From NCBI GenBank assembly GCA_963771275.1, contig CAVYSW010000003.1, positions 257,037 to 321,036 on the forward strand: 64,000 nt of DNA, read 5' to 3'. Source of the DNA: an uncultured Gemmatimonadales bacterium. Lineage in GTDB: Bacteria > Gemmatimonadota > Gemmatimonadetes > Gemmatimonadales > GWC2-71-9. Below, piece after piece: positions 1 through 9,946 of the stretch. Each line of letters starts with the position of its first letter. Within the stretch, counting starts at the first letter, position 1. Below the pieces are notes generated by a model that was not told the origin of the DNA, made no database searches, and saw only the letters and a list, made by a program, of their open reading frames with translations. Made by a program: the position numbers and the translations under genes.

Positions 1-392
1 AGCAGCCGCTCCACCAGCGCCGTCATCGGGCCGATGTAGTCGGTGGCCCGTGGGTAGACATCGGCGGGCCGGATGCGCAGGAAATCCCGGTCCTCGAAGA
101 ACGCCCTGGTGTACCGCTCGGTGAAGTCCCGGATCGCCATGCCCTCCGCCGCGGCCGCCTTGATGATGCGGTCGTCCACGTCGGTCAGGTTCATGATCAG
201 GAAGACTTCGTACCCGACGTACTCGAGGTAGCGGCGCAGGATGTCGCCGACGAGGAAGGTCCGGAAGTTCCCGACGTGCGCGTAGTTCCACACGGTGGGG
301 CCGCACATGTACATCGTGACCCGCGGCGGCGCGAGTGGCGCGAACGGCTCGACCCGGCGCGTGAGCGTGTTGAACAGGGCAAGCCCGCTCAT
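1..392 (-). CDS. cysS: cysteinyl-tRNA synthetase, N-terminal part (gene runs off the left edge)
   Basis: Absent from the ORF track because no stop lies in the window. My translation from ATG 392-390 reads MSGLALFNTLTRRVEPF..MYMCGPTVWNYAHVGNFRTFLVGDILRRYLEYVGYEV..NLTDVDDRII. This is colinear with the CysS N-terminus, including the HIGH-type box (HVGN). Confidence 0.85.
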   Translation of the reverse strand, partial: MSGLALFNTLTRRVEPFAPLAPPRVTMYMCGPTVWNYAHVGNFRTFLVGDILRRYLEYVGYEVFLIMNLTDVDDRIIKAAAAEGMAIRDFTERYTRAFFEDRDFLRIRPADVYPRATDYIGPMTALVERL

Positions 393-547
393 CGGCGGTG
401 GCCCAAGTTAATGATTGACATGGAGTTCCAAGCGCGGAACCGAAGGCGCACCGGTGCAGACGTCAACGGTCTGACGGGGAATGGGCTGAGGCGAGCGCGC
501 GGGGTCCGTGACGCCAGCCGGCGGCCCGCCGTCACATCCCGTACTGC

Positions 548-1330
548 TCACTTCTTGTCGGGGCCGTCGTCCTCTTCCACCAGCTCCGCGTCGTGGATCG
601 GCTCGCTCCCGGCCGTGCCGGCGGAGAGCTGCTGCGGCGCTTTCGTCTCCCCCGCACCCAGCAGTCCCATCTTCTGCTTCAGCTCCAGCAGCCGCTGATC
701 GGCGGATCCGTGGTACTCGAGCGCCGCGAACTCCTGCTGCAACGTGTCGCCGCTCAACTCCCCGGCGAGCTCGGCGGCCGCCAGGGCCTGGCGCTCCATA
801 TCGTCGATCTTCTCCTCCATCCGCGCGAACGTGTCGAACGCGCTCTGGTCACTCATCGAGTGCATCGTCTGCTGGATGCGCTGCTGGGCCTCGGCGCGCT
901 TCTGCCGGGCAACCAGGACGTTCTTCTTGCGCTTCAGCTCTTCGATCCGGTCGTTCATCTGGCGGAGGGAGCCCTTCAGGTTCTCCGTGTCCGCCTTGTG
1001 GCGCACCCAGGTCTCGTGGAGCTGCGTCGCGTTCTGCACGTGCTCCGACTGCCGCATGAGGGCCTGCTTGGCGAGATCGTCGCGCCCTTCCTGGACCGCC
1101 AGCATCGCGCGCCGCTCCCAATCCTCTGCCTGCTTCTTCTCGCGCTCCGATTGCGCCTGGAGCTTCTTCTCGTCGGCGATCGCCCCGGCCACGTCCTGCT
1201 TGGTCTTCGCAAGCTGGGTCCGCGCGTCGATCAGGGACTGCTCGAGGACCTTGGAGGGGTCCTCGGCGCGGCCGATGAGCGCGTTGATGTTCGCTTTGAT
1301 CACAGTCATCAAGCGCTGGAAGATCCCCAT
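548..1330 (-). CDS. pspA: PspA/IM30 family membrane-stress protein
   Basis: 260 aa. MGIFQRLMTVIKANINALIGRAEDPSKVLEQSLID.. is followed by a long heptad-rich coiled coil, typical of PspA/Vipp1. Confidence 0.85.
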   Translation of the reverse strand: MGIFQRLMTVIKANINALIGRAEDPSKVLEQSLIDARTQLAKTKQDVAGAIADEKKLQAQSEREKKQAEDWERRAMLAVQEGRDDLAKQALMRQSEHVQNATQLHETWVRHKADTENLKGSLRQMNDRIEELKRKKNVLVARQKRAEAQQRIQQTMHSMSDQSAFDTFARMEEKIDDMERQALAAAELAGELSGDTLQQEFAALEYHGSADQRLLELKQKMGLLGAGETKAPQQLSAGTAGSEPIHDAELVEEDDGPDKK

Positions 1331-1476
1331 GGCTCCCCTACGCCTCCCGCGCCAGCCCTGTTCCGGCCGCGCGTCTCACAACGGGTTGAGTACTGCGACC
1401 GGCCGGGCGCTGCCCGGCGCTCCATTGGCCTGCTGGAAGATCGGCATCGGCACGCCTTTACGCCACCGGCCGGGCG

Positions 1477-1770
1477 CTAGCGGGCCGCCGGGCTCCCGTC
1501 CGGCGGCAGGACCCCCTGCCGCTGCTGGGCCAGAAGGCGCTCAGCGAAATCCAGCCGCTCGTGCACCTCCGCGACATCCTGGCGCAGCTCCTCCATCTCG
1601 TCCATCACCGCCTGGTTGGAGGCCTCGAGCCGCTGGACCACCTCGTCCGACGTGACCGCCTTGCCCTGAATCCGCGCAGCGAAGGCTCGACCCACCGGGG
1701 AGATCGCGAGCAAGAACAGCGTCCCGCCACCGAAGATGAACGTGATTGCGAGAATGCCTTCCATATCCAT
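1477..1770 (-). CDS. small single-pass membrane protein, PspB-like paralog 5 of 5
   Basis: 97 aa with an N-terminal TM helix (ILAITFIFGGGTLFLLAI) and a charged helical tail ending in HERLDFAERLL. Confidence 0.7.
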   Translation of the reverse strand: MDMEGILAITFIFGGGTLFLLAISPVGRAFAARIQGKAVTSDEVVQRLEASNQAVMDEMEELRQDVAEVHERLDFAERLLAQQRQGVLPPDGSPAAR

Positions 1771-1773
1771 GCC

Positions 1774-2073
1774 TCAATGCTCTCCTTCGATCAGGGGGCG
1801 CTGGGCGTGCTGCGCCAGCATGCGCTCGGCGAATTCCAGGCGCTCCTCCAGCTCCTCCCAGCGGTACGTCTTCCCTTCGAGCTGCTCGATCCGCTGCTGC
1901 AACCGCTGCAACTCCTCGCCGACCCCCGGCCCAGCCTCACCGAGGCGAGCGTCGTGCCGCCGGTCGAGGAACTTGTTCGCGATCCGGTAGATCCCGAACA
2001 GGACGAACCCGCCCATCCCCATGCCGATGATGGGGAACACGACATTCTGGACCCACACCCAGTCGCTGAACAC
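1774..2073 (-). CDS. small single-pass membrane protein, PspB-like paralog 4 of 5
   Basis: I place the start at GTG 2073-2071, two nt after the upstream stop, not at the track start 2193. The sequence VFSDWVWVQNVVFPIIGMGMGGFVLFG parallels the paralog 3 N-terminus, and the tail carries EERLEFAERML. Confidence 0.65.
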   Translation of the reverse strand: MFSDWVWVQNVVFPIIGMGMGGFVLFGIYRIANKFLDRRHDARLGEAGPGVGEELQRLQQRIEQLEGKTYRWEELEERLEFAERMLAQHAQRPLIEGEH

Positions 2074-2074
2074 C

Positions 2075-2344
2075 TCACGAGCCTCCGGGAAGTCCCTCGC
2101 GCCGCTGCTGCGCCAGCAGCCGCTCGGCAAAGTCCACCCGCTCTTCGAGCTCCGCCACCCGATCGACCATGGTCCCCAGTGCCTCCACCTCACCGCGCAG
2201 CCGTTCCAGCTCTTCGGCGGATGCCCCGCTCCCTACCTGGCGCCGGTCGATCCAGCGGACGATCAGCTTGTACGTCACCACCAGGAACACGATCCCGGTG
2301 GCCATCCCACCGAACGGTACGAGGAATACCCAGTCAGGGGGCAC
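2075..2344 (-). CDS. small single-pass membrane protein, PspB-like paralog 3 of 5
   Basis: 89 aa. MPPDWVFLVPFGGMATGIVFLVV forms the TM helix and the tail carries EERVDFAERLL. Confidence 0.7.
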   Translation of the reverse strand: MPPDWVFLVPFGGMATGIVFLVVTYKLIVRWIDRRQVGSGASAEELERLRGEVEALGTMVDRVAELEERVDFAERLLAQQRREGLPGGS

Positions 2345-2618
2345 GGGAGCCTCCGGACGGGCCCAAGTCGCCGTGCTCGCGTGCCCGGGTCAGCATCCGC
2401 TCCGTGAAGTCCTGACGCTCCTCGAGCTCGGCCAGGCGCTGCTTCAGGTTGTCGAGCTCGAGCAGGGCCTCCGCGGCGATGTCCGCGCTGCGCCCGTCGG
2501 GGGGCAGGCCGCGCCGGGCGATGCGATCCGCCAGGGCCCGGCCGAGCGGGCCGCGCAGGATCACCGCGCCGGCGATGCCCAGGATCGCCACGACCGGAAC
2601 GAGAACGTCCGGCCCCAT
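2334..2618 (-). CDS. small single-pass membrane protein, PspB-like paralog 2 of 5
   Basis: 94 aa. VLVPVVAILGIAGAVIL forms the TM helix and the tail carries EERQDFTERML. It overlaps the next paralog by 11 nt. Confidence 0.7.
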   Translation of the reverse strand: MGPDVLVPVVAILGIAGAVILRGPLGRALADRIARRGLPPDGRSADIAAEALLELDNLKQRLAELEERQDFTERMLTRAREHGDLGPSGGSRAP

Positions 2619-2619
2619 G

Positions 2620-2937
2620 CTACTCGCCCCCCCGCTCGATCCGCTCCGGCTCCTTGCGGGCGGTCAGCACCCGCTCCGCAAAGTCCAGCCGCTCGTGCAG
2701 CTCCATGACCTCGGCGCTGAGCTGCCGAACGGTCTGTCGCAGCTCCTGCGTGGCCTGCCCGTCGGCGGGGACCTGGACGGTCCACCGTCGCACCAGCCCG
2801 CGCACGAGCGTCCACAGGATCCCCATGCCCCCGACCGACGCCACCACGATCACGACCGCGATCGCGATGTTGACCGGGTCCGGGCCCTGATGAACGATGA
2901 AGTCCGGCAACTGCGGCGGTGCGGGGACCTGCTGCAT
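2620..2937 (-). CDS. small single-pass membrane protein, PspB-like paralog 1 of 5
   Basis: 105 aa. A GGAGGA Shine-Dalgarno lies 7 nt upstream of the ATG. The TM helix is IAIAVVIVVASVGGMGILW and the tail carries HERLDFAERVL. Confidence 0.7.
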   Translation of the reverse strand: MQQVPAPPQLPDFIVHQGPDPVNIAIAVVIVVASVGGMGILWTLVRGLVRRWTVQVPADGQATQELRQTVRQLSAEVMELHERLDFAERVLTARKEPERIERGGE

Positions 2938-3019
2938 GCGTCATTCCTCCGTCGTCCGAGACCCCCTACGTCCACTGTTTCAAAAAGTGTCGCTCGCGCG
3001 GGAAAAGTAAAGGCGTGGG

Positions 3020-5848
3020 TCAGCGCCGGAGCAGCGGCGCGAGATAGCGGGCCGTATGGGAGTGCGGCGCGCGCGCGACGTCCTCCGGAGACCCCTGCGC
3101 GACGATCGCGCCGCCCGCCGCCCCGCCCTCGGGCCCGAGATCGATCACCCAATCGGCGGTCTTCACGACCTCGAGGTTGTGCTCGATCACCACCACGGTG
3201 TTGCCACGGTCCACGAGGCGGTGCAGCACATCGAGCAGCAGGCGCACGTCCTCGAAATGCAGCCCCGTGGTCGGCTCGTCAAGGATGTACATCGTCCGCC
3301 CGGTGTCGCGCTTGGCCAGCTCGGTGGCGAGCTTGACCCGCTGGGCCTCGCCGCCCGACAGCGTGGTGGCGCTCTGGCCCAGGTGGACATAGCCCAGACC
3401 GACGTCGTTCAGCACCTCGAGCCGCCCCCGGATCCGCGGCTGCGCCTCGAAGAACTCGAGCGCATCGGCCACCGTCATGTCGAGCACGTCGGCGATCGAT
3501 CGGCCCTTGTAGCGGACGTCGAGCGTCTCCCGGTTGTAGCGCCGGCCCTTGCACACCTCGCACGGCACGTAGACGTCCGGCAGGAAGTGCATCTCGATGC
3601 GCACGAGCCCGTCGCCCTGGCAGGACTCGCACCGCCCGCCCTTCACGTTGAACGAGAACCGTCCCGGCCCGTACCCGCGAATCCGCGACTCGGCCAGCTG
3701 GGCGAACAGATCGCGGATCGGCGTGAACAGCCCCGCGTAGGTCGCCGGGTTCGAGCGCGGCGTCCGGCCGATCGGGCTCTGGTCGATCGCGAGGACCTTG
3801 TCGAGCTGCTCCAGACCCTCGATCCGGTCGTGCGCGCCGGGCAGGGTCTTCGTCCGGTAGAGATGCCGGGCCAGCCCGTGGTACAGGATGTCGGTGACCA
3901 GGGTGGACTTCCCGGAGCCCGAGACGCCCGTCACCGCGATGAACGCGCCGATCGGGAACGCGACGTCGAGGTTCTGCAGGTTGTGCTGCCGCGCCCCCAC
4001 GACGCGGACGGCCCGGGTGGGGAGCACGGCCCGGCGGGCCGCGGGCTGCGGGATCCGCAGTTCGCCCCGCAGATACCTGCCGGTGAGCGACGTCGGGTGC
4101 CGCACGACATCGTCGACCGACCCCTCCGCGACCACCTCACCCCCGAACCGCCCCGCACGTGGCCCGAGATCGATCACGTGGTCGGCGGCGCGGATCGTGT
4201 CGGCATCGTGCTCGACCACGATCACCGTGTTGCCCAGGTCGCGCAGCCCGCGCAGCGTGTCGAGCAGCCGGCCGTTGTCGCGCGGGTGGAGTCCGATGGA
4301 CGGCTCGTCGAGGATGTACAGCACGCCGACCAGCCGGCTGCCGATTTGCGTGGCGAGGCGGATGCGCTGCGCTTCCCCGCCCGAGAGCGACTCGGCCGCA
4401 CGGCCCAACGTGAGGTAGGCGAGACCCACGTCGCGGAGGAACGCCAGCCGCTCGACGACCTCGCGCAGGATCGGGCCCGCGATCTCGCGATCGATGGTGC
4501 CGCCGGGCTGGCCGCGCAGCGGGATCTGCTCGAAGAACTGCAGCGCCTCGGACACCGACAGGGCCACGATGTCGCCGAGGCTCCGGCCGTGGACCAGCAC
4601 GCTGAGGCTCTCCGGCTTGAGCCGCCGGCCGCCGCACGCGTCGCACAGGATCTCGGTCATGAACTCACCGAGCTGCTCGCGCACGGCATCCGAGCTGGTC
4701 TCGCGGTAGCGGCGCTCGACGTTCTTGATGATGCCCTCCCAGACGCTCTCGTAGGTGGCGCCGCCGCTCCCCGCGGGGAACCTCAGCTTGCGGTCCGGCA
4801 GGCCGTCGAGCAGCAGCCGGCGGACCCGTTCGGACAGCGCTCCCCACGGCGCCTCCAGGCGGAACCGGAACGTCGTCGCGAGCGTCGGCAGCACCACCTT
4901 GCGCAGGTACCCCGTGGGCTCGCCCCACGGCAGGACCACGCCTTCGAGCAGGGAGATCTGCGGATCGCCCAGCACCAGGGCCTCGCTCACCTCCCGCCGG
5001 GTGCCGAGCCCGCCGCACGCGGGACACGCACCGTAGGGCGAGTTGAACGAGAACTGGCGCGGCTCGAGCTCCGCCAGCGAATAGCCACACTGGGGGCAGG
5101 CGAACCGCTCGGAGAAGAGCGTCTTCTGGCCGTCCCGCACGACCTCGACCAGCCCGTCCGCGGCTTTGAGGGCCGTCTCGATCGAATCGTGCAGCCGGCC
5201 GCGATCCGCCGGGCGCACCACCAGCCGGTCGACGATCAGGCCGATGTCGTGGCTCACCCGGCGGTTGAGCCGCGGCGGGGACGCGAGCTCGTGGACCGCG
5301 CCGTCCACGCGTGCCCGGACGAAGCCCTGGCGGCGCGCGCCCTCGAACAGATCGTGGAACTCGCCCTTGCGCCCGCGGACCAGCGGGGCCACGACCTCGA
5401 TCCGCGTCCCCTCCGGCCACTGCAGCACCGCCTCACTGATCTGCGAGGCGGTCTGTCGCCGGATGGCCGCGCCGTCGTGCGGACAGTGGGGGATGCCGAC
5501 GCGCGCCCAGAGGAGCCGCAGGTAGTCGTAGATCTCCGTCACGGTCCCGACGGTCGATCGCGGGTTCTGCCCCGCCGTCTTCTGCTCGATCGAGATCGCC
5601 GGCGACAGCCCCTCGATGGCGTCGACGTCCGGCTTCTCCATGAGGCCGAGGAATTGGCGGGCGTACGCCGACAGCGACTCCACGTAGCGGCGTTGCCCCT
5701 CGGCGTAGATCGTGTCGAACGCGAGGGACGACTTGCCGGAGCCCGAGAGTCCGGTGATCACGGTGAGCCGGTTGCGCGGGATTTCCACGGTGATATTACG
5801 CAGGTTGTGCACCCGCGCGCCGCGCACGACGAGGCGGTCGTCGGCCAT
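3020..5848 (-). CDS. uvrA: excinuclease ABC subunit A
   Basis: From ATG 5848 the product is 942 aa: [66 protein letters not shown]. It has two ABC ATPase modules and CxxC zinc-finger pairs. The 1310-aa track ORF adds an Arg/Pro-rich non-coding-looking extension. Confidence 0.95.
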   Translation of the reverse strand: MADDRLVVRGARVHNLRNITVEIPRNRLTVITGLSGSGKSSLAFDTIYAEGQRRYVESLSAYARQFLGLMEKPDVDAIEGLSPAISIEQKTAGQNPRSTVGTVTEIYDYLRLLWARVGIPHCPHDGAAIRRQTASQISEAVLQWPEGTRIEVVAPLVRGRKGEFHDLFEGARRQGFVRARVDGAVHELASPPRLNRRVSHDIGLIVDRLVVRPADRGRLHDSIETALKAADGLVEVVRDGQKTLFSERFACPQCGYSLAELEPRQFSFNSPYGACPACGGLGTRREVSEALVLGDPQISLLEGVVLPWGEPTGYLRKVVLPTLATTFRFRLEAPWGALSERVRRLLLDGLPDRKLRFPAGSGGATYESVWEGIIKNVERRYRETSSDAVREQLGEFMTEILCDACGGRRLKPESLSVLVHGRSLGDIVALSVSEALQFFEQIPLRGQPGGTIDREIAGPILREVVERLAFLRDVGLAYLTLGRAAESLSGGEAQRIRLATQIGSRLVGVLYILDEPSIGLHPRDNGRLLDTLRGLRDLGNTVIVVEHDADTIRAADHVIDLGPRAGRFGGEVVAEGSVDDVVRHPTSLTGRYLRGELRIPQPAARRAVLPTRAVRVVGARQHNLQNLDVAFPIGAFIAVTGVSGSGKSTLVTDILYHGLARHLYRTKTLPGAHDRIEGLEQLDKVLAIDQSPIGRTPRSNPATYAGLFTPIRDLFAQLAESRIRGYGPGRFSFNVKGGRCESCQGDGLVRIEMHFLPDVYVPCEVCKGRRYNRETLDVRYKGRSIADVLDMTVADALEFFEAQPRIRGRLEVLNDVGLGYVHLGQSATTLSGGEAQRVKLATELAKRDTGRTMYILDEPTTGLHFEDVRLLLDVLHRLVDRGNTVVVIEHNLEVVKTADWVIDLGPEGGAAGGAIVAQGSPEDVARAPHSHTARYLAPLLRR

Positions 5849-5992
5849 AGCCGTCGAACGTAGTGGCACCGGGAACCCGCGGTCAACGGGCGGGGGCGCG
5901 CCGCGGACCGGGGGCGGACCGGACCTGTCTTGCCACACCCGGGGCGCCGGGATACTTTGGCGGTCCCTGCTGCGCGAGGCGATCCGCGAGCC

Positions 5993-6340
5993 ATGGCCGC
6001 GCCCGATGTCAGCGACGCCGTGATGGTGTTCACGATGCTCGAGACCCCCGACGCCGCCCGGCTCCTGGTGGAGCGCCTCGTCGAGCAGCGCATCGTGGCC
6101 TGCGGCACGATCGTTCCGGCCGCAACGTCGGTGTACCGCTGGGAGGGCACGATCACCACCGCGAGCGAAGCGCTGGTCCTGCTGAAGACGACGCGCGATC
6201 GCTGGCCCGCCCTCCGCGCGGCGGTCGATCGCCATCACCCGTATCGCGTTCCCGAGCTGCTCGCCGTGCCGGTGGTGCACGGCCTGCCCGCCTACCTGGC
6301 ATGGGTCGCGGCGGAAACCACACCCGGAGAAACTCCGTGA
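5993..6340 (+). CDS. cutA: CutA1 divalent-cation tolerance family protein
   Basis: From ATG 5993: [54 protein letters not shown].. Confidence 0.8.
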   Translation: MAAPDVSDAVMVFTMLETPDAARLLVERLVEQRIVACGTIVPAATSVYRWEGTITTASEALVLLKTTRDRWPALRAAVDRHHPYRVPELLAVPVVHGLPAYLAWVAAETTPGETP

Positions 6341-7146
6341 CACGGCGCCATCGACGCCGGGCTCGACGCCGCCGGGGCTACACCCCAGTGGCGCGGCAGC
6401 CCGCCGAGTCCGCCGGGGCCTCGCCCTCGCGCCCCGCATTGCCGTTCGAGCTGGTCGAGCCGGCCCCCCTGGCGGCATCGGACGGGACGCCCGCCCCGGA
6501 GGTGACGGCCGTCGCCGGGACGTCGCTGCCCAGTGAGGAGGTGTTGTATCGCGCGGCGCAGCAAGCGGCGCAGCGCGGCGACGCGGTGCGCGCACAGGCG
6601 ATCTACCGGGAGCTCCTCGTGGCGTGCCCCGGCCACGTCGACGCGCGCAGCAGCTTCGCCCTGCTGCTCGACCGTCTTGGCCAGCACGACACGGCGCTGG
6701 CCGAGCTCGACCTCTGCCTCGAGCATGCGCCCGACGATCCCGGCGCGCTGATCCGGCGCGGGACGCTGCGCAGCTCGCTGGGACTGTTCGCGCAGGCGGA
6801 GACCGATCTGCGCCGCGCGCTGCGGCTGGATCCGGCCAGCGCGGACGGGCACCTTGCCCTGGGGCTGGTCCTGTCGCGCAAAGGCCTGTGGCGGGACGCG
6901 ATTCCGCACCTGCGGCGCGTGCTGGAAGTCGACCCCAGTCGGGCGACCGCATGGGATGCGCTCGGGGAAGCCCTCAACCACATGGACGATCTCGATGGAG
7001 CGCTGCAGGCGTTCCAGCGCTCCGCGGAGCTGCGCCCGACCAACGCCCGGGCCCTGCGCGGACTGGGCGTCGTCTATGACCGGTTGAACCGGCCGCGCGA
7101 GGCGGCACTCATGTATCGTCGCTCGCGGGAGCTCACGGGCACGTGA
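6337..7146 (+). CDS. TPR repeat protein
   Basis: GTG 6337 overlaps the cutA TGA (GTGA). Repeated 34-aa TPR-like units are visible (..AQAIYRELLVACPGHVDARSSFALLL.., ..DAIPHLRRVLEVDPSRATAWDALGEAL..). Confidence 0.7.
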   Translation: MTRRHRRRARRRRGYTPVARQPAESAGASPSRPALPFELVEPAPLAASDGTPAPEVTAVAGTSLPSEEVLYRAAQQAAQRGDAVRAQAIYRELLVACPGHVDARSSFALLLDRLGQHDTALAELDLCLEHAPDDPGALIRRGTLRSSLGLFAQAETDLRRALRLDPASADGHLALGLVLSRKGLWRDAIPHLRRVLEVDPSRATAWDALGEALNHMDDLDGALQAFQRSAELRPTNARALRGLGVVYDRLNRPREAALMYRRSRELTGT

Positions 7147-7646
7147 TCAGGGTGGTGGTGGACGATCTCGCGTTCGTGGCCGCCGACGCGATCGTCCGAC
7201 CCGCCACGGACTTCCTCGAGCCGACCACCCCGAGCCTGCGCCGTCTCGAGCAGGTGGGCGGGCCGGCGTTCTGGGACCATCTCAAGGTCGAGCGACCGCT
7301 CGCGGTCGGATCCGCCGTCGTGACCCCCGGCGGGAGCCTCCCGGCGGAGCTCGTCATCCATGCTATCATTCGGAGCGCCACGGAGCCGGTGTCCGAGCGC
7401 TCGGTTCGGCGGGCGCTGACCACGGCCCTGCAGCGCACCGCCGACTGGGCGCTCGCCCACGTGGCGGTGCCACCGGTGGGCATCGGCGCCGGAAACCTCA
7501 CCCTCGAGGACGCGGCTCGGACCATGGCCGGGGTCTTCGCGGGCGTGCCGGGCGCGTCCGGCTACCCCCGCGACGTGACGATCGTGGTCGAAACGGAGGA
7601 CGAGCGCCGCGTGTTCGAGACCTACTTCCGGACCAACGGCTCGTGA
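7143..7646 (+). CDS. macro domain (ADP-ribose binding/processing) protein
   Basis: 167 aa: VVVDDLAFVAADAIVRPA..GSAVVTPGGSLPAELVIHAI..VAVPPVGIGAGNL. GTGA overlap with the TPR gene. Confidence 0.7.
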   Translation: MIRVVVDDLAFVAADAIVRPATDFLEPTTPSLRRLEQVGGPAFWDHLKVERPLAVGSAVVTPGGSLPAELVIHAIIRSATEPVSERSVRRALTTALQRTADWALAHVAVPPVGIGAGNLTLEDAARTMAGVFAGVPGASGYPRDVTIVVETEDERRVFETYFRTNGS

Positions 7647-9190
7647 GCCGCCGCGTCATCGCGGCGGTCGTCGTCGTGGCGTGGCTGGCGTCGCTCGCCC
7701 TGCTGCTCCGGCGGGAGTACTGGCGGCCGCCTGCCCAGGTGCTGGCGGAAGCGGCGTCGAACCTGCCGCCGGGCGCGGCGTACTATGCGGTGAGCCTGGG
7801 CACCGACCAGATCGGCTACGCCTCGAGCACGATCGACACCCTGGGTGACACGCTCAGTCTCGGCGACATCGTGGTGCTCGAGATCCCCGTGCTTGGGACG
7901 GTGCAGCGCACCGAGGCGCGCACGACCATCTTCCTGACGCGGGGCCTCCGGCTCCGCTCGTTCACGGCGTCGCTGCACTCCGAGAGCGCGCAGTTCGACG
8001 CGACCGGCCGGATCGAAGGCGACTCGCTGCTCGTGCTCGAGATCGCGTCAACGGACAGCCGGGAAACCCGCCGCATCCGACTCCCGGAGCCGATTGTCCT
8101 GCCCCAGCTGCTGCCGCTCGCGGTGGCGTTGGGGGGCGCGCTCCAGACGGGGCGATCCTTCACGATGCAGGTGTTCGACCCGTTGCTGCTGAGCACGCGA
8201 CGGGTCACGGTAGCGGTGACCGCCGAATCCACGTTCACCTTCGCGGACAGCGCGGTGTTCGATACCGCCGCGGGGCGCTTCGTCCCGATCCTCACGGACA
8301 CCGTCCGAGGGTGGCAGCTGCGCGAGGCGCATGGCGACGTCCCCATCGACACCTGGATGGACCGTCGCGGGCAGGTGATCGCGATGACCTCACCGATGGG
8401 GTTCCGGCTCGAGCGCACCGCGTTCGAGGTGGCGTACGAGAACTTCCGCCGGTTTCGCACGCCCGCGGCCGGCACGGCCCCGCGGCGCGGCATCGACCTG
8501 ATCCGCCAGACGGCGATCGCCTCGAACGTGACGCTGGCCAGGGACACGCTGACGCTCCTGCAGGTCCGGCTCGGTGGCCTGGGCCTCACCGGCTTCGACC
8601 TCGACGGCGACCGGCAGCACCTCTCGGGCGACACGCTGACGGTTCGCCGGGAGGATGCGGCGGCCCGGCGGGCGTCGTACCGGCTGCCCGCGACCCTGCC
8701 GGCGCTGCGTCCCTTCCTGCAGCCGGAGCCGCTGGTGCAGAGCGACGACCCGCGCATTCAGGCCCAGGCGCGCCAGATCATCGGACGCACCCGACGCCCT
8801 GAGCGCGCCGCCGAGCTGCTCACCCGCTGGGTGGACGAGCGCGTGCGGAAGGAGGTCACGCTCAGCGTGCCGAGCGCGCTGGACGTCTACCAGCGTCGGC
8901 GCGGCGACTGCAACGAGCACACGGTGCTGTTCGTCGCGCTCGCCCGGGCGGTCGGCCTGCCGTCCCGGACAGCCGCCGGGCTCGTCTATCTCGACGGAAC
9001 CTTCTACTATCACGCGTGGGCCGAGGTGTACCTCAACGGCTGGGTGGCGGTGGATCCGACGTTCGGACAGTTCCCCGCCGATGCCGCGCACGTGCGGTTC
9101 ACCATCGGCGGCCTCGCGCGCCAGCTCGAACTGATCCGGCTGATCGGCCGGCTGACCATCGACGTGATGAGGACCGACTCGCTGCCATGA
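7643..9190 (+). CDS. transglutaminase-like cysteine protease superfamily protein, N-terminal TM anchor
   Basis: 515 aa. A C-terminal Cys-His-Asp core is present: RRGDCNEHTVLFVALARAVGLPSR..YHAWAEVYLNGWVAVDPT. Confidence 0.75.
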   Translation: MSRRVIAAVVVVAWLASLALLLRREYWRPPAQVLAEAASNLPPGAAYYAVSLGTDQIGYASSTIDTLGDTLSLGDIVVLEIPVLGTVQRTEARTTIFLTRGLRLRSFTASLHSESAQFDATGRIEGDSLLVLEIASTDSRETRRIRLPEPIVLPQLLPLAVALGGALQTGRSFTMQVFDPLLLSTRRVTVAVTAESTFTFADSAVFDTAAGRFVPILTDTVRGWQLREAHGDVPIDTWMDRRGQVIAMTSPMGFRLERTAFEVAYENFRRFRTPAAGTAPRRGIDLIRQTAIASNVTLARDTLTLLQVRLGGLGLTGFDLDGDRQHLSGDTLTVRREDAAARRASYRLPATLPALRPFLQPEPLVQSDDPRIQAQARQIIGRTRRPERAAELLTRWVDERVRKEVTLSVPSALDVYQRRRGDCNEHTVLFVALARAVGLPSRTAAGLVYLDGTFYYHAWAEVYLNGWVAVDPTFGQFPADAAHVRFTIGGLARQLELIRLIGRLTIDVMRTDSLP

Positions 9191-9945
9191 TCCGTCTCGA
9201 AGGGCTGACGAAGCGGTACGGGACGTTCGTGGCGGTCGACCAGATCGCGCTGCACGTGCCGCGGGGGCAGCTGTTCGGCTTTCTCGGGCCGAACGGCGCC
9301 GGGAAGACGACGACCCTCCGGATGATCGCCGGGATCCTGCGGCCGACGGCGGGGCGCATCTGGCTGGGTGACGACGATCTCCTGGCGCGCCCGATGGTCG
9401 CCAAGGCGCGACTCGGGTTCATCCCGGACCGGCCGTTCCTCTACGAGAAGCTCACCGGCGGGGAGTTCCTCCGGTTCGTGGCGGGGCTGTACGGCCAGGA
9501 CGGCAGCGCGATCGAGCGGCGCATCGACCAGCTGCTCGACGTGTTCGAGCTGACCACCTGGAAGGACGAGCTGATCGAGGCCTACAGCCACGGGATGCGG
9601 CAGAAGCTGATCATCTCCAGCGCGCTGGTCCACCGGCCGGAGCTCATCGTCGTGGACGAGCCGATGGTCGGGCTCGATCCGCGGGCCGCGCGGCTGCTCA
9701 AGGACATCTTCCGGCAGTTCGTGGGTCGCGGCGGCACGGTGCTGATGAGCACGCACACGCTCGAGGTCGCCGAGGCGATGTGCGACCGGATCGCGATCAT
9801 CCAGGCGGGCCGCATCGTGGCCGAGGGCACGATCGCGGATTTGCGGGAGCAGACGCGGGCCGGCGACGCGTCGCTCGAGGATTTGTTTCTCAGGCTCACC
9901 GGCGGGAGCTCGGGCCGGGAGCTCGGGGCCATTCTGGGAGACTGA
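9187..9945 (+). CDS. ABC transporter ATP-binding protein
   Basis: ATG 9187 (ATGA overlap). Walker A is GPNGAGKTT, the signature is SHGMRQKL and Walker B is LIVVDEP. Confidence 0.9.
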   Translation: MIRLEGLTKRYGTFVAVDQIALHVPRGQLFGFLGPNGAGKTTTLRMIAGILRPTAGRIWLGDDDLLARPMVAKARLGFIPDRPFLYEKLTGGEFLRFVAGLYGQDGSAIERRIDQLLDVFELTTWKDELIEAYSHGMRQKLIISSALVHRPELIVVDEPMVGLDPRAARLLKDIFRQFVGRGGTVLMSTHTLEVAEAMCDRIAIIQAGRIVAEGTIADLREQTRAGDASLEDLFLRLTGGSSGRELGAILGD

Positions 9946-9946
9946 G

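Noticed and set aside
3056-5863. A 935-aa ORF antisense to uvrA. Similar giant antisense ORFs occur at 13731-15941, 28261-30159, 30187-31416, 36486-38822, 41603-43468 and 61964-63883.
   Set aside because: These are stop-poor antisense frames, as expected in very GC-rich DNA. Their translations are Arg/Pro/Gly/Ala low-complexity sequence with no recognisable motifs, while the opposite strand encodes unmistakable proteins.
5849-6952. A 368-aa N-terminal extension makes the uvrA track ORF 1310 aa. Analogous long extensions occur on the Rieske, cytochrome and ccm ORFs.
   Set aside because: The extensions are Arg/Pro-rich and overlap real genes on the other strand (cutA and the TPR gene). Conserved N-termini, Shine-Dalgarno sites, and ATGA or GTGA coupling to upstream stops identify internal starts.
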